63,862 nt of DNA, filler included, from Vannella sp. (GCA_023345925.1; 7 parts of 7 records of this genome joined end to end with filler, not necessarily neighbours in it); one strand, 5' to 3'; shown: positions 23,174 through 33,614, counted from the first letter of the whole stretch. Numbers and translations: made by a program. The notes: a model not told the origin generated them from the sequence alone.

Positions 23174-23273
23174 NNNNNNNNNNNNNNNNNNNNNNNNNNN
23201 NNNNNNNNNNNNNNNNNTTAATTAATTAANNNNNNNNNNNNNNNNNNNNNNNNNNNNNNNNNNNNNNNNNNNN
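23174..23273. other. Artificial contig linker
   Basis: N-TTAATTAATTAA-N. Confidence 0.98.
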
Positions 23274-24083
23274 GTCCTAAGGCGGTATGCTACAAGTAGA
23301 TGAACCGTTGAAAGATTCGAGAGGGCATAGAATAGCTGGGGACTGGGAAGGCAGAATCTAAAGAAGTCCGCTCGCAAGGCAGTTGCAAGGATGAGACTCA
23401 TCCATCGCCAAACAGGGACTTGGACCTCCCACTTCATCCTCTCTAACTCACTGATGATATCCACTCGGACACCGAGACTCGAATGAAGTTGTGGCGGGAC
23501 ACCCGAGGGAATAGAGAACACTTGTTGCCTTGGCGAGCGGATGCTGCGCCTTCATTAGCTGACAGCAAGCCACTGAACCGGAGGGTACTTCAGCGATTAT
23601 TGGGTACTTGAATGGGCGTAGAACCGCGCAAAGGCCTCGTCGATCCTCATGCTCAAGTTGAGGCGCAGGCTGTTGTGCACCTGAGTGGGGGCAGAGAGAG
23701 AGAAGAAGAAGAGAGAGAATGTTAGGACTTATCACAACACAGGAAGCCGTTGTTTCTCTGTTTGGAGGCCCGCGTATCCATCTCTATTTTATCCGAGGAT
23801 GGATGCTCGCGCCACCTGCTCTCCGTACCTTCAACTGCTTAAGAGGACTGCAATAATACATATTGTATCAACACGATCCTCTAGCATGCCTCCACAACCT
23901 CACAAGGGAGAGAGACGAAGAACTTGTGCTTGCAATGACCGTGGAACAAAGGAGAGAGACCAGGAACTTGTTCTCGCTTCTGGCTTGCTCAAGAGAGGCT
24001 TCATGCTCATCTAAGTGAACAAAAAGGTAATTCCGAGCGTTAGTCCCTGATTAAGAGCCTCTCCGGTCTACTTTTTCTTGTCC

Positions 24084-27000
24084 ATGCGTCCTCAGCCACT
24101 TTTCTTCCTCGTCTGGCTCTTGGGCGTTGTTTGCCTTCTGCCTCAGCAAAAGGACTCCCTCCTTGCCCTTTACAATGCTACTGGCGGCCCTTACTGGACA
24201 CCAACCTGGAATACCCTAACGGACCCTTGCACTCCTCCGACAGCTTGGCTTGGTGTCAGCTGTGACCTTGCTAAAGCGAACGTCATTGGGCTTGATCTGA
24301 CTTGGAGAAACTTGACTGGCTCGCTCCCCGATCTGCAACTTCCGGCTCTCAACAGTTTGTTAGTCCGCTTCCTCTCGCCTGACACTTCGACCTCACTCAC
24401 TGATGGCTTACAGGGACTTGAAGTTTAACCAGATTAGCGGAACTCTTCCAGAATGGTCCAATCTGACGAGCCTGGTGAACATGTGAGTGCTTTCAGTCCC
24501 CTTCCACTCGAATGGAAGGAGATCACTTCATGGCACTAGCCTGATCAACAGCTCGCAGGGTCTTGCAAGTGAACCAGATCAGCGGAACTCTTCCAGTGTG
24601 GTCCAATCTGACAAGCCTGGTGAACATGTGAGTGCTTTCAGTCCTCTTCCACTCGGGTGGAAGAAGGAGACCACTTCATGGCACTCCCCTGATCAACGGC
24701 TTGCAGGAACTTGAACTCAAACCAGATCAGCGGAACTCTTCAAGAATGGCCCAATCTGACGAGGCTGAAGTTCATGTGAGTGCTTCCAGTCCTCTTCCAC
24801 TCAAAAGTGGGAAGGTGATCATTCCATCTTGTGGATATGAGCCACAAGTATGATCTTGACTCATCAATACCTTGCAGGAGATTGTCGTTGAACCAGATCA
24901 GCGGAACTCTTCCAGTATGGTCCAATCTGACGAGCCTGGTGACTATGTGAGTGCTTTCAGTCCCCTTCCACTCGAACAGGGGAAGGACGATTATCATAAC
25001 CGCATGAGATCTCACGCATCAATGGCTTGCAGGGACTTGTACAACAACCGAATCAGAGGAGCACTCAAAGAATGGCCCAATCTGGCGAATCTAAAGAAAA
25101 TGTGAGTGCTTCAGGTCTCTTCCACTCGAAAGAGGGAAGGAGATCGCTTCATTGCGTGGAAATGAGCGTCACAATCATGAAATCTCACTCATCGATACCT
25201 TGCAGAGACGTGGGAAACTGCACGATCAATGGAACACTTCCTGAATGGTCCAATCTGACGAACCTGACTGAAATGTGAGTAGTTTCAGTCCTCTTCTGCT
25301 CAAATGGAAAAAGACTATCACTTCATCACGTGGACATGAGCGCCACAGGCATGGGTTTACTCATCATACCTTGTAGAACCCTAGACGACAACCAAATCAG
25401 CGGGTCTCTTCCTGAATGGTCCTATCTGACGAACCTGCAAACAATGTGAGTAGTTTCAGTCCTTTTCTGCTCAAATGGGACAAGACTTTCACTTTATCAC
25501 GCGGACATGACGCCACAGGCATGAGTTTACTCATCGATACCTTGTAGATTCTTGGACATCAACCAGATCAGCGGGTCTCTTCCTGGATGGTCCAATCTGA
25601 CAGGATTGAGGGCTATGTGAGTAGTTTCAGTCCTCTTCTTCTCAAATAGGAAAAGACTGTCACTTCATCACGCGGACATGACGCCACATGCATGAGTTTA
25701 CTCACCGATACCTTGCAGAAACATAGAGGAAAACAAGATCAGCGGGTCTCTTCCTGAATGGTCCAATCTGACGAGTCTGACTGAAATGTGAGTGGTTTCG
25801 GTCCTCTTTTAAAATAGGATAGAAGAGGATCGCTTCCTTCATCTTGGGGACTTGAATGCCACATGCATGGCACTTAAGATGAGTTGACTCATCGATTCCT
25901 TGTAGATACTTGGCCGACAACCAGATCAGTGGGTCTCTTCCATTCTGGAGTGGATTGGGAAACCTCTCCAAAGTCTTTCTGGGAGGAACCAACCGTCTTT
26001 GTGGGAATCTGCCTCCCCGCTCGTACATTATCCCCTCCTTCAGTCTCTCTATTCAGCTTTTTAACTGCTCTTCTCTTCCTTATGGATACAGTTCAAGTGG
26101 AGCAACTTGCGATCCAATCACCGGACTGTGCCCTTCTTTAACAAGTTCAGCCACCCTCACAAGCTCTCCGTCGGCTTCATCCAGTGAGAGCCCCACTACT
26201 TCCACAACGCCCTCTTCGAGTGGTAGTGAACGTATGTCGACCTCTCCGTCTCTAAGCACCACTCCTTCCGTCTCCGAAACACCTACTTCAAGTGGGAGTG
26301 CGAGCTTGTCGAGTTCTCCTTCTCTTAGTGAAAGTCCCACAACTTCGATTACTCCCTCTTCGAGTGAGAGTGCAACTATGTCGAACTCTCCTTCTCTCAG
26401 TGCCAGTCCTTCTGTCTCCCAAACACCCTCTTCAAGCGGTAGTGCAAGTGCGTCAGGCTCTTCTTCTCTTAGTGAAAGTCCCACTGTTTCAAGGACGACC
26501 TCTGCGAGTGGAAGCGCAAGTGTGTCGGACTCACCTTCTCTCAGCACCAGTCCTTCTGTCTCCGAAACGCCCTCTTTGAGTGGTAGCACAAGTGCATCAG
26601 GCTCTCTTTCTTTAAGTGAAAGTCCCACTGCTTCGGAGACGACCTCATCGAGTTGTAGTGCAAGTGTATCTGGCTCTCCTTCCGAAACGCCCTCTTTGAG
26701 TCAAAGTGCAAGTGCGTCAGGCTCTCCTTTTTCAAGTGAAAGTCCCACTACTTCGGAGACGACCTCTCCGAGTGGAAGTGAAAGTGTGTCGAGCTCTCGT
26801 TCTCTCAGCGCCAGTCCTTCTGAAACACCCTCTTCGAGTGATAGCGCAAGTGTATCAAGCTCTCCTTCACTTAGTGAGAGTTCTACTACTTTGGGGACAA
26901 CCTCTTCGAGTGGTGGTGCAAGTGTGTCAGGATCTCCTTCTCTCAGCACCAGTCCTTCTGTCTCCGAAACGCCCTCTTCGAGTGGTAGCAAAAGTGCATC

Positions 27001-28399
27001 AGGCTCTCCTTCTTCAAGTGAAAGCCTCACTGCTTCGGAGACGACCTCTTCGAGTTGTAGTGCTAGTGTGTCGAGCTCTCCTTCTCTCAGCACCAGTCCT
27101 TCCGAAACGCCCTCTTCAAGTGGTAGCACAAGTGCATCAGGCTCTCCTTCTCTTAGCGAAAGTCCCACCAGTTCAGAGACGCCCTCTTCGAGTGAAAGTG
27201 CAAGTGTATCAAACTCTTTCTCCTTCAGTGCTAGTCCTTCTGTCTCCGAAACTCCCTCTTCGACTGGTAGCGGGAGCCTGTCAGGCTCTCCTTCCTTTAG
27301 TGGAAGTTCCACCAGTATGGAAATAGTCTCCTTGAGCCGTATTGCTTCAGCAACGCCATCTTTGAGTGGTAGTGGGAGTTTGTCAAGCTCTGCTTCTCTC
27401 AACGAGAGCCCTTCTGTTACTTATTCAGCAACATCCTCTTCCAGCGATAGTGCATATCCTTCTGCAACTTTGATTGATAGTGAAAGCTCATCAAGCTCTC
27501 CCTCTTTGATTATCAGCCTCACTAGTTCGAGCGAGGCTTCTGTTCCCATCCCTCTCAATGAGACAGAGACTTCTACAACAAGTCCCTCTTTGAGCCTCAG
27601 AGACAGCGCACCTTCTCTTTTAATCAGTAGCGCAACCACCATTCCGAGGAGCCCTTTAACATCTGCCAGCGAATCTCTCCTTCCAAGTGAGAGCAGCTTG
27701 CCATCGAGAAGTCCATCTGCTATTGTTTCTCCTCCAAGTACTCCCTCATTAATTGTCAACATTATCATTCCCACCAACTCCAAATCCAACGAGTTGGTGG
27801 GGCTCTCCGGCTTGCCTGGAGAAGGCGCAGTGGGAGCCCTTTTTATCCCTCCCAACTTGAGCAACCAAGCCAACACCACTTTAATCACTTCCTACATAGG
27901 CGGTGGAGTTGGTGACTCGTCCAACGGGCAAGTTCTGGCGAGCAGTGTCCTGAATATCACCCTTTTGGACGGACAAGGCAACTCCATCACACAATTGGAA
28001 TCGCCGCTTACCATCTGTTTGGCCCTCCCCAACAACACCAAGAAAGGAGAGAGGGTGTGTTTGAGCTACTTTGACGAGGAGAAAAAGAAATGGAGATGCG
28101 AAGACGAGTGTCTCACCAGTACTGCAAAAAGCAACGTTGCAAATGCTGGAAGCAGTGCCAAGGAGAAGGGCAACTTTCTGTGCGGCCAAACGGGCCATCT
28201 CACTAACTTTGCCCTTTTGTTGGCAGGAAATGGAAATGGGGAGGATCCTTGCCAGTCTGGTAACACAGACAGAACCCTTGCATGGGTGTCACTGGGAATG
28301 GTGGCAGGGGCCATCCTTGTGGTTGCTCTTTGTGGATTGGTGGTCGAAGTGCGCATTCGAAGGAGAACGTGGCTTTTAGCTGCTTTATTGAGTAAGTGA
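24084..28399 (+). CDS. Cell-surface LRR receptor-like protein: signal peptide, LRRNT, about 10 LRRs, Ser/Thr stalk, GPS-like motif, single TM
   Basis: LLALYNATGGPYW...DPC...WLGVSC cap; nine 69-nt phase-2 exons (24414-24482, 24559-24627, 24707-24775, 24878-24946, 25033-25101, 25206-25274, 25377-25445, 25548-25616, 25719-25787); terminal exon 25906-28399 with CGQTGHLTNFALLL and a TM segment. Confidence 0.9.
24359..25905 (+). repeat. Tandem exon+intron units (about 145-190 bp) of the LRR gene
   Basis: Paralogous introns begin gtgagt(gc/ag)tttcagtcc and mostly end ...ccttg(c/t)ag. Confidence 0.9.
26140..27420 (+). repeat. Ser/Thr-rich coding repeats (SPSLSESPT / SPSVSETPSSSGS)
   Basis: Degenerate repeats within the mucin-like stalk. 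Confidence 0.85.
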
Positions 28400-28976
28400 C
28401 CCTTCACAGGTCCCTTTCCAGGCCACTCACTTGAATGGGTGAAACAGAACAGATCGAATCGATGAATACGCCCATCCAGCCCGCCCTTTGAACCTCAAAG
28501 AAGAGTAAAACTAACCTTCTCAAAGATATGAATCAGAAGTGGCTCGGGCTTGAACTCGAATCATAGAGAGGTTGACAGAGAGACTGCACTCGATGGAGAT
28601 GTTGATAGGAAGACCACACCGTGGCGAGATCTGGCCATGAATAGCTCTTTGATGAAGAGAAGCTCGGAAAGGTATTTGACAAGGGACTGGTTACGCCCAT
28701 CATAGAGACGGTACCCATGGGACATGGCTTACTTGCAATATATTCACTGATTGAGTGTAACCTATTTGACACTTCAAAGAACCCGAAAGAGGGATCTCTT
28801 TTTTCGCTGGCTATGCCTCTGATGTTGGGAGGTGCTGCATTGGAAGGGATTCTCGCTGCTCGTGACTTTTCTCTTTCATCTTTATTGGGATGAAATCGTC
28901 GACGCCACCTTGTTCAGTATTTTGGAAAAAGATCCATTCTATTCATCAACTCCTTCTTGAGACCTTTTCAACAAGA

Positions 28977-30619
28977 ATGCTGATTATTAGTCCATTCCTT
29001 TCATTTTTGGGTGGCAAGGAGGGATGAGCGACTGGCAGAGGAGGGTTTCTGTCGCTCTTTCTAGGGGATCTGGGACGGATTAAAGCGTACTTTAAGGAAC
29101 ACCCCGAAAGGATCAACACCTTTGTTTGTCTCTCTTGTTCGCTGATCCGGCTGTGGGATCTGAGAAGAGGGCAACAGTTTGTGGGTTTAGATTTCGTGAC
29201 AAAGGCAGCTACTTTCTGACCTGCGTTTGTGTAGGAAGTAAGTGTCACAAAGGCCCCACTTTTGGTTGGGCTTTGCAGCAGCTAACGATGCGAAGGAGGT
29301 ACGAAGTCAAAAAGAAACATCACAAAGTCACCAACGCATCCTCGATAGCCTGTAAGGAATCAAACCGGCTTCTACAGCAGGGATAGGTCCACAGTCAAAG
29401 CCTTACCAGACACACTTAGGGAGTGAGAGCAAAGAGGAGTCATTATTTGGTGAACTGACTTTTAGGCGGTACCCTACCACCTTTTGGCTCGTTAATGCAG
29501 ATCCTGAATGGAGGGATTGGTTAGGGGGTACGCACTCCCCCTCCAAATGATACGTATTGACCAGAATAATGAAAAGGGGGTAAGCTTCAACATAGAGTTA
29601 TCCTTCAAGAGTGTGTCCCCAGAATTGTAATGCAGTCATTCATGCGTGTAGTTGGTAAGAGTCTCCCAGGAAGGTTGACTTGATCCTCAAATACTAATCC
29701 GGAAGTCTTAAATAGTTGGTAAGACATTTACTTGACTGGATCTTTTGAAGTGGAAGACTCTGAAAGATCGTTTAGTGTGTAAGTCTATCTCTTTTCTGTG
29801 GCGAAAACCAACGTTTCTAGACCATGCTTGGATTCGCCACATTTTCAGGATGGACTCAAATAGTCCAGTTTCTGCTTACCATCAGGGGAATCGACGCTCA
29901 ACTGGGAGTAAGTTCCCCTCCTTACCTTGTGTGATATTCAGGGAGCAAGCTTAGGAAGTGCGTGTCATCCAATTGATGAAATCAAGATCATTGACCTTTA
30001 GGGATCATTAGAAGGTACAATTCTCCTCAAGAGGTAAATTCTAAGCACGTTTTAGCACGTAAGTGATTCCCTACAGAACGGGTATCCCTAAACAGGTGCT
30101 TCAAAGAGGGTACTTGCCCACGGTTCTCACCAGAATGAATCTCTGACTTTCATAGATTGTAAGCGACCCTTCATCGAAGGACTTCTTTTTGACGCTTTCC
30201 AGTGGAAGAATGTGAGTACAGCTTCATCGAGCTTCACTTTCAAGATCTGAATGCCGCAATCCCTTTAGATTGTAAGTAGAATGACCTACCATTGCATCGC
30301 CAACAATCCCTTTCTTCAGTTGGTAAGGTCTTCTGGCTGTTGAGAGATGAATGAATGAATGGAATGAATCAGAGCCCACTGGACTCAGCCCTCAAAAACC
30401 GAAATTCTGAGCTTGCTAGGATCCTTTGGGAGGCGAACGGTAGATGTGTACAAGTGCGTTACTTTTGAGAGATAACAAATCTGACTTACGATCAGGAGCA
30501 ACAGCAGTTGAACCACTATCTTTCTCACTCCTGGGTGGAGAAAGAAGACAATCAAGATTGGTGCAATGGTGAGAAACTGCTGGTTATTTCAAACTTGTCT
30601 AACAAATATAGTGGTTTGA
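28977..30619 (+). CDS. Ankyrin-repeat protein with CaaX end, built with 19 single-codon microexons (5' end uncertain)
   Basis: Spliced product ...GDLGRIKAYFKEHPERINTF[FEEPGAGGLLC]TMLGFATFSGWTQIVQFLLTIRGIDAQLG[EKHRINIL]SPLDSALKNRNSELARILWEANGRCVQEQQQLNHYLSHSWVEKEDNQDWCNVV*; larger exons at about 29065-29123, 29821-29907, 30373-30453, 30496-30568 and 30612-30619. Confidence 0.85.
29178..29778 (+). other. Microexon array 1: eleven 3-nt exons
   Basis: AG|NNN|GT at 29178 TTT, 29235 GAA, 29296 GAG, 29349 CCT, 29420 GGA, 29466 GCG, 29525 GGG, 29577 GGG, 29652 TTG, 29716 TTG, 29776 TGT; introns 42-72 nt. Confidence 0.85.
29955..30322 (+). other. Microexon array 2: eight 3-nt exons
   Basis: AG|NNN|GT at 29955 GAA, 30012 AAG, 30056 CAC, 30107 AGG, 30156 ATT, 30209 AAT, 30269 ATT, 30320 TTG; introns 41-57 nt. 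Confidence 0.85.
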
Positions 30620-30883
30620 TAATCTCTATCAGCCAGCAAAGGTCTCCTTATGAACCTCATAAACTTGATGTCAGCAACGTGATTCCTGAATCGGGAAAAC
30701 TTGTCCCAAACAACAGTTCGGTGCCTTCTTCCATTTCAATTCTTCTTATCAACACGATCTGAACGATTATCTTTCTGTTTGAACACCATTTTTCAAAGGG
30801 GCTCCACTTTGGACTCGTTTCTGGTTCGCCAATCACGAATCACTTCCCCCTCGCATCACTTCCCTGCTGGGACGATTTTAGAA

Positions 30884-30949
30884 GCCCGTCTAGCTCAGTT
30901 GGTAGAGCGTACGGCTTTTAACCGTATGGTCGAGGGTTCGAGCCCCTCG
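30884..30949 (+). tRNA. tRNA-Lys(UUU), 3' end cut by contig break
   Basis: GCCCGTCTAGCTCAGTTGGTAGAGC, anticodon stem TACGG-CTTTTAA-CCGTA, T-arm GAGGGTTCGAGCCCCTC. Confidence 0.95.
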
Positions 30950-31049
30950 NNNNNNNNNNNNNNNNNNNNNNNNNNNNNNNNNNNNNNNNNNNNTTAATTA
31001 ATTAANNNNNNNNNNNNNNNNNNNNNNNNNNNNNNNNNNNNNNNNNNNN
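30950..31049. other. Artificial contig linker
   Basis: N-TTAATTAATTAA-N. Confidence 0.98.
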
Positions 31050-31418
31050 GGAAGACTAATGCATCATTCTCTCACACATGTCTCGCACACGCCTTACCAG
31101 ACCTTCACCTTCTCGCACTATCTCTAAGGCAACTAAGCGCACGAGCTCCAACACTCTGCTGGTACCTGTTTCCATCTCAAGTCCTTGGGCGAAAGCTTCT
31201 GCGGCCCTCCTTCCTCCAGTCCTCCCTTCCCCCATAACAGTACAAGATGACTCTGACATCCTTCTCCGACACCTTGCCCACATCAAACTCAAAGAACGAA
31301 GGAAAATCACATCCGCACCTCAGTTTATTGTGACCTTCACACTGTAAAACGGGTCCAAAACATGTAAATACAAGTAATTATCGTCCTTCCAACTCTTCCA
31401 GTTCCTCCTGTCTCGGTC

Positions 31419-33614
31419 ATGTTGGCGCGATCTGCTGGTCGATCGCTTGTTTGTGGGAGGATTGCTCGCGGATTCATTTCAAAGGCTCCTCAAAGGGAAG
31501 CGCTAGACTTGTACCGCTCTGCTTCGGTTCTTTCTGGGGTTCCAGTGACGAGGGAGCCTTTGTGGAATAGTTCGCGGGCGGGGTTCACCACCTCTGCCTC
31601 CTCCGTGAAGCCTCGCGATACCAAGGCTGCTTTTCAGCAAGGAAACGGTAAGTCACGTCTGATTACTCTCAAAGTGGAAGCTTACAGTGGCGCAGTACGG
31701 GAAACGATCGCCCGGTGGGAGCGCGAAGCCCAAGTCTCAGACTTGAACCTGATCACCGAGAAGCTCGGTCTTGACCGCAAGAAGTACAAAGACATCTCTG
31801 TGCAGATGAACGATATCATTACCCTTCGCACCAAACTGATGGGGAACGAACATCCAGAGACTGTCTACTCCAACGCCATTTTGGCGGCCATTTACCGTGT
31901 CGTAGGCAAGTGCAAGTCGGCTGCAAACATCATCCAGCAGTGTGTGTCTATCAGCGAAACGATGGTGCTGAACTATCAGCCAAACGAGGAGTACAGCAAG
32001 CGTAGCCTTGTTCAGCTGTACGCTTCCTGTGTCGAGGAGTACGCCCGTACCTCCTTGCAACAAAAAGAGGCTACCACAGCCCTTTCTGCTGTGCGCCAAG
32101 CCATTGGCGTGGTCGAGGCTCAGATCGGGGACAACGAAAGCGCCCACGAATTCGCTGTTCATCTGGCTCTCCTTCAGCGACTAGCAGCTGATTGCCATGT
32201 TGAACTCAATGCATACACTCAGGCAAAGGAAGCTCTTGCCAATGGAGCGGCAGTGAGAGCGCGCATCCCTGATGGAGCTCATTTGAGGTATTTCCTTCTC
32301 AATCACTGGATCAGTGAGAGCCACTCTGCTTTCGAAGACCACGTTCTCTCTGCTCGCATCCACGCTCGCCTCTCGGAGTGGAAAGAAGCCGAGGAGCAAC
32401 TGCAGAGTGCTTGGAAGGTAGCTGTAGACAACAAGGGGCAGAGATCTGTCGAGTGCTGTAATGCCTTCCTGGAGCTGCTCGACTTCTACTCGGAGTTGAT
32501 CCCCTCCCGGATTCAGGTCTCCGACTACGAGCGCCTTCTGACTCGTGCCTTGTTTGCAGGGCGCTCCACAGACAGCCTTCTCCGCAAGACGCACGGATTG
32601 GACAAGCGCATTGTATTCCCGTACCTCCCCATGATTCAGCGGGGACTGCGAGCACTACTATCCGCCGAGGACCAACGGCCTTTGTGTATTACACTGCTCT
32701 TTGAGCAACTCCGCGTCCAAGAGAAGTACCCAGCCATCTACCCGTCTTCTGATGAAGACGTTTTCACTACAGTTATGTCGTTGGTACAGCTCCTGCGAGA
32801 GGAGAACCAGTACCAAGAGGCTCTCGATCTCATCACAAAGTTCAAGGACCAGTTCATGTCTCTGAAAGAGAAGAACCCTGCCTATGTCATCCCCCTGATG
32901 GAGGTACAAGCTCAGTTGATCATAAGCACGTGCTTTGGGTCTTCCCCGTCAGCTTCAGGACGAGTGCCGTTGGGAGAGCAGATGAAGATCACAACGCAGA
33001 CGCGCGAGGCTGTGGAGGGGCTGGAGTACGTCACTAACTTCTACATCAAGAAGAACAACACTCAAGGTGCTGTACGCTCTCTCCACACCTTGGCAGTGGT
33101 CCAGACACTCCAAGAGGAGTACAGTTATGCTGATCGGGACTGCTTCCGTTGTATCAAGATGATCGACCCCTCTTTCACCGAGTACGCTACTCGCATTGAG
33201 ATAGCCACGGCCAAACTACCTTTATCACACGTCGGGCGCCTCTCTGACCTTCTGATCCTTCGCGGATCACTGTTGCGCGTGATGCACGAGCCTGACCGAG
33301 CCATCCAGTACTACAAGTCTGCCTTGCAGCTACTCTCTATCTCCCGTGAGAGCCTATCGGACAACACAACCGTTCGCATCAAAGATGACATCTCTCGCGC
33401 CTCGGACATGCTGCGCTGCCTTGAGTGCATGATGGACATCACCGAGTCCACTATCAGCGAGTTCGAGGCCTCCAACCAGAAGGAACAGGCCCAAGAGGCC
33501 GCCAAGTTCCTGAAAGCTTGTAAGGAAAGCCACGGCTCCGCCCTTGCCGAGGTGAACCGACTCCACGTCCGGCTTGAGAAGACCGATGCGAAGAAAGCCG
33601 CTGCTCAAGCTTAA
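31419..33614 (+). CDS. TPR-like helical protein, probably mitochondrial
   Basis: 731-aa ORF, Arg/Ser-rich presequence, kinesin-light-chain-like LMGNEHPETV motif. Confidence 0.7.
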   Translation: MLARSAGRSLVCGRIARGFISKAPQREALDLYRSASVLSGVPVTREPLWNSSRAGFTTSASSVKPRDTKAAFQQGNGKSRLITLKVEAYSGAVRETIARWEREAQVSDLNLITEKLGLDRKKYKDISVQMNDIITLRTKLMGNEHPETVYSNAILAAIYRVVGKCKSAANIIQQCVSISETMVLNYQPNEEYSKRSLVQLYASCVEEYARTSLQQKEATTALSAVRQAIGVVEAQIGDNESAHEFAVHLALLQRLAADCHVELNAYTQAKEALANGAAVRARIPDGAHLRYFLLNHWISESHSAFEDHVLSARIHARLSEWKEAEEQLQSAWKVAVDNKGQRSVECCNAFLELLDFYSELIPSRIQVSDYERLLTRALFAGRSTDSLLRKTHGLDKRIVFPYLPMIQRGLRALLSAEDQRPLCITLLFEQLRVQEKYPAIYPSSDEDVFTTVMSLVQLLREENQYQEALDLITKFKDQFMSLKEKNPAYVIPLMEVQAQLIISTCFGSSPSASGRVPLGEQMKITTQTREAVEGLEYVTNFYIKKNNTQGAVRSLHTLAVVQTLQEEYSYADRDCFRCIKMIDPSFTEYATRIEIATAKLPLSHVGRLSDLLILRGSLLRVMHEPDRAIQYYKSALQLLSISRESLSDNTTVRIKDDISRASDMLRCLECMMDITESTISEFEASNQKEQAQEAAKFLKACKESHGSALAEVNRLHVRLEKTDAKKAAAQA

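Noticed and set aside
24359..25905. Regular repeat-spacer pattern resembling a CRISPR array
   Set aside because: The units are GT-AG introns plus in-frame LRR exons; the host is eukaryotic and no cas genes are present
26080..27888. Long antisense and alternate-frame ORFs
   Set aside because: Shadows of the Ser-rich coding repeats
28630..28893. Short + strand frame (LFDEEKLGKVFDKGL...) as a possible 5' part of the ankyrin gene
   Set aside because: No convincing splice donor links it, and it ends in its own stop; left unannotated
29623..29769. Extra microexon candidates (ag|aatt|gt at about 29623; ag|atc|gt at 29767)
   Set aside because: One breaks the frame, and both leave implausibly short downstream introns; they could at most be rare alternatives
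28900..30880. Possible decayed tRNA-targeted retrotransposon or pseudogene upstream of tRNA-Lys
   Set aside because: No RT or integrase motifs, LTRs or poly-A seen; the region is explained by an intact microexon gene
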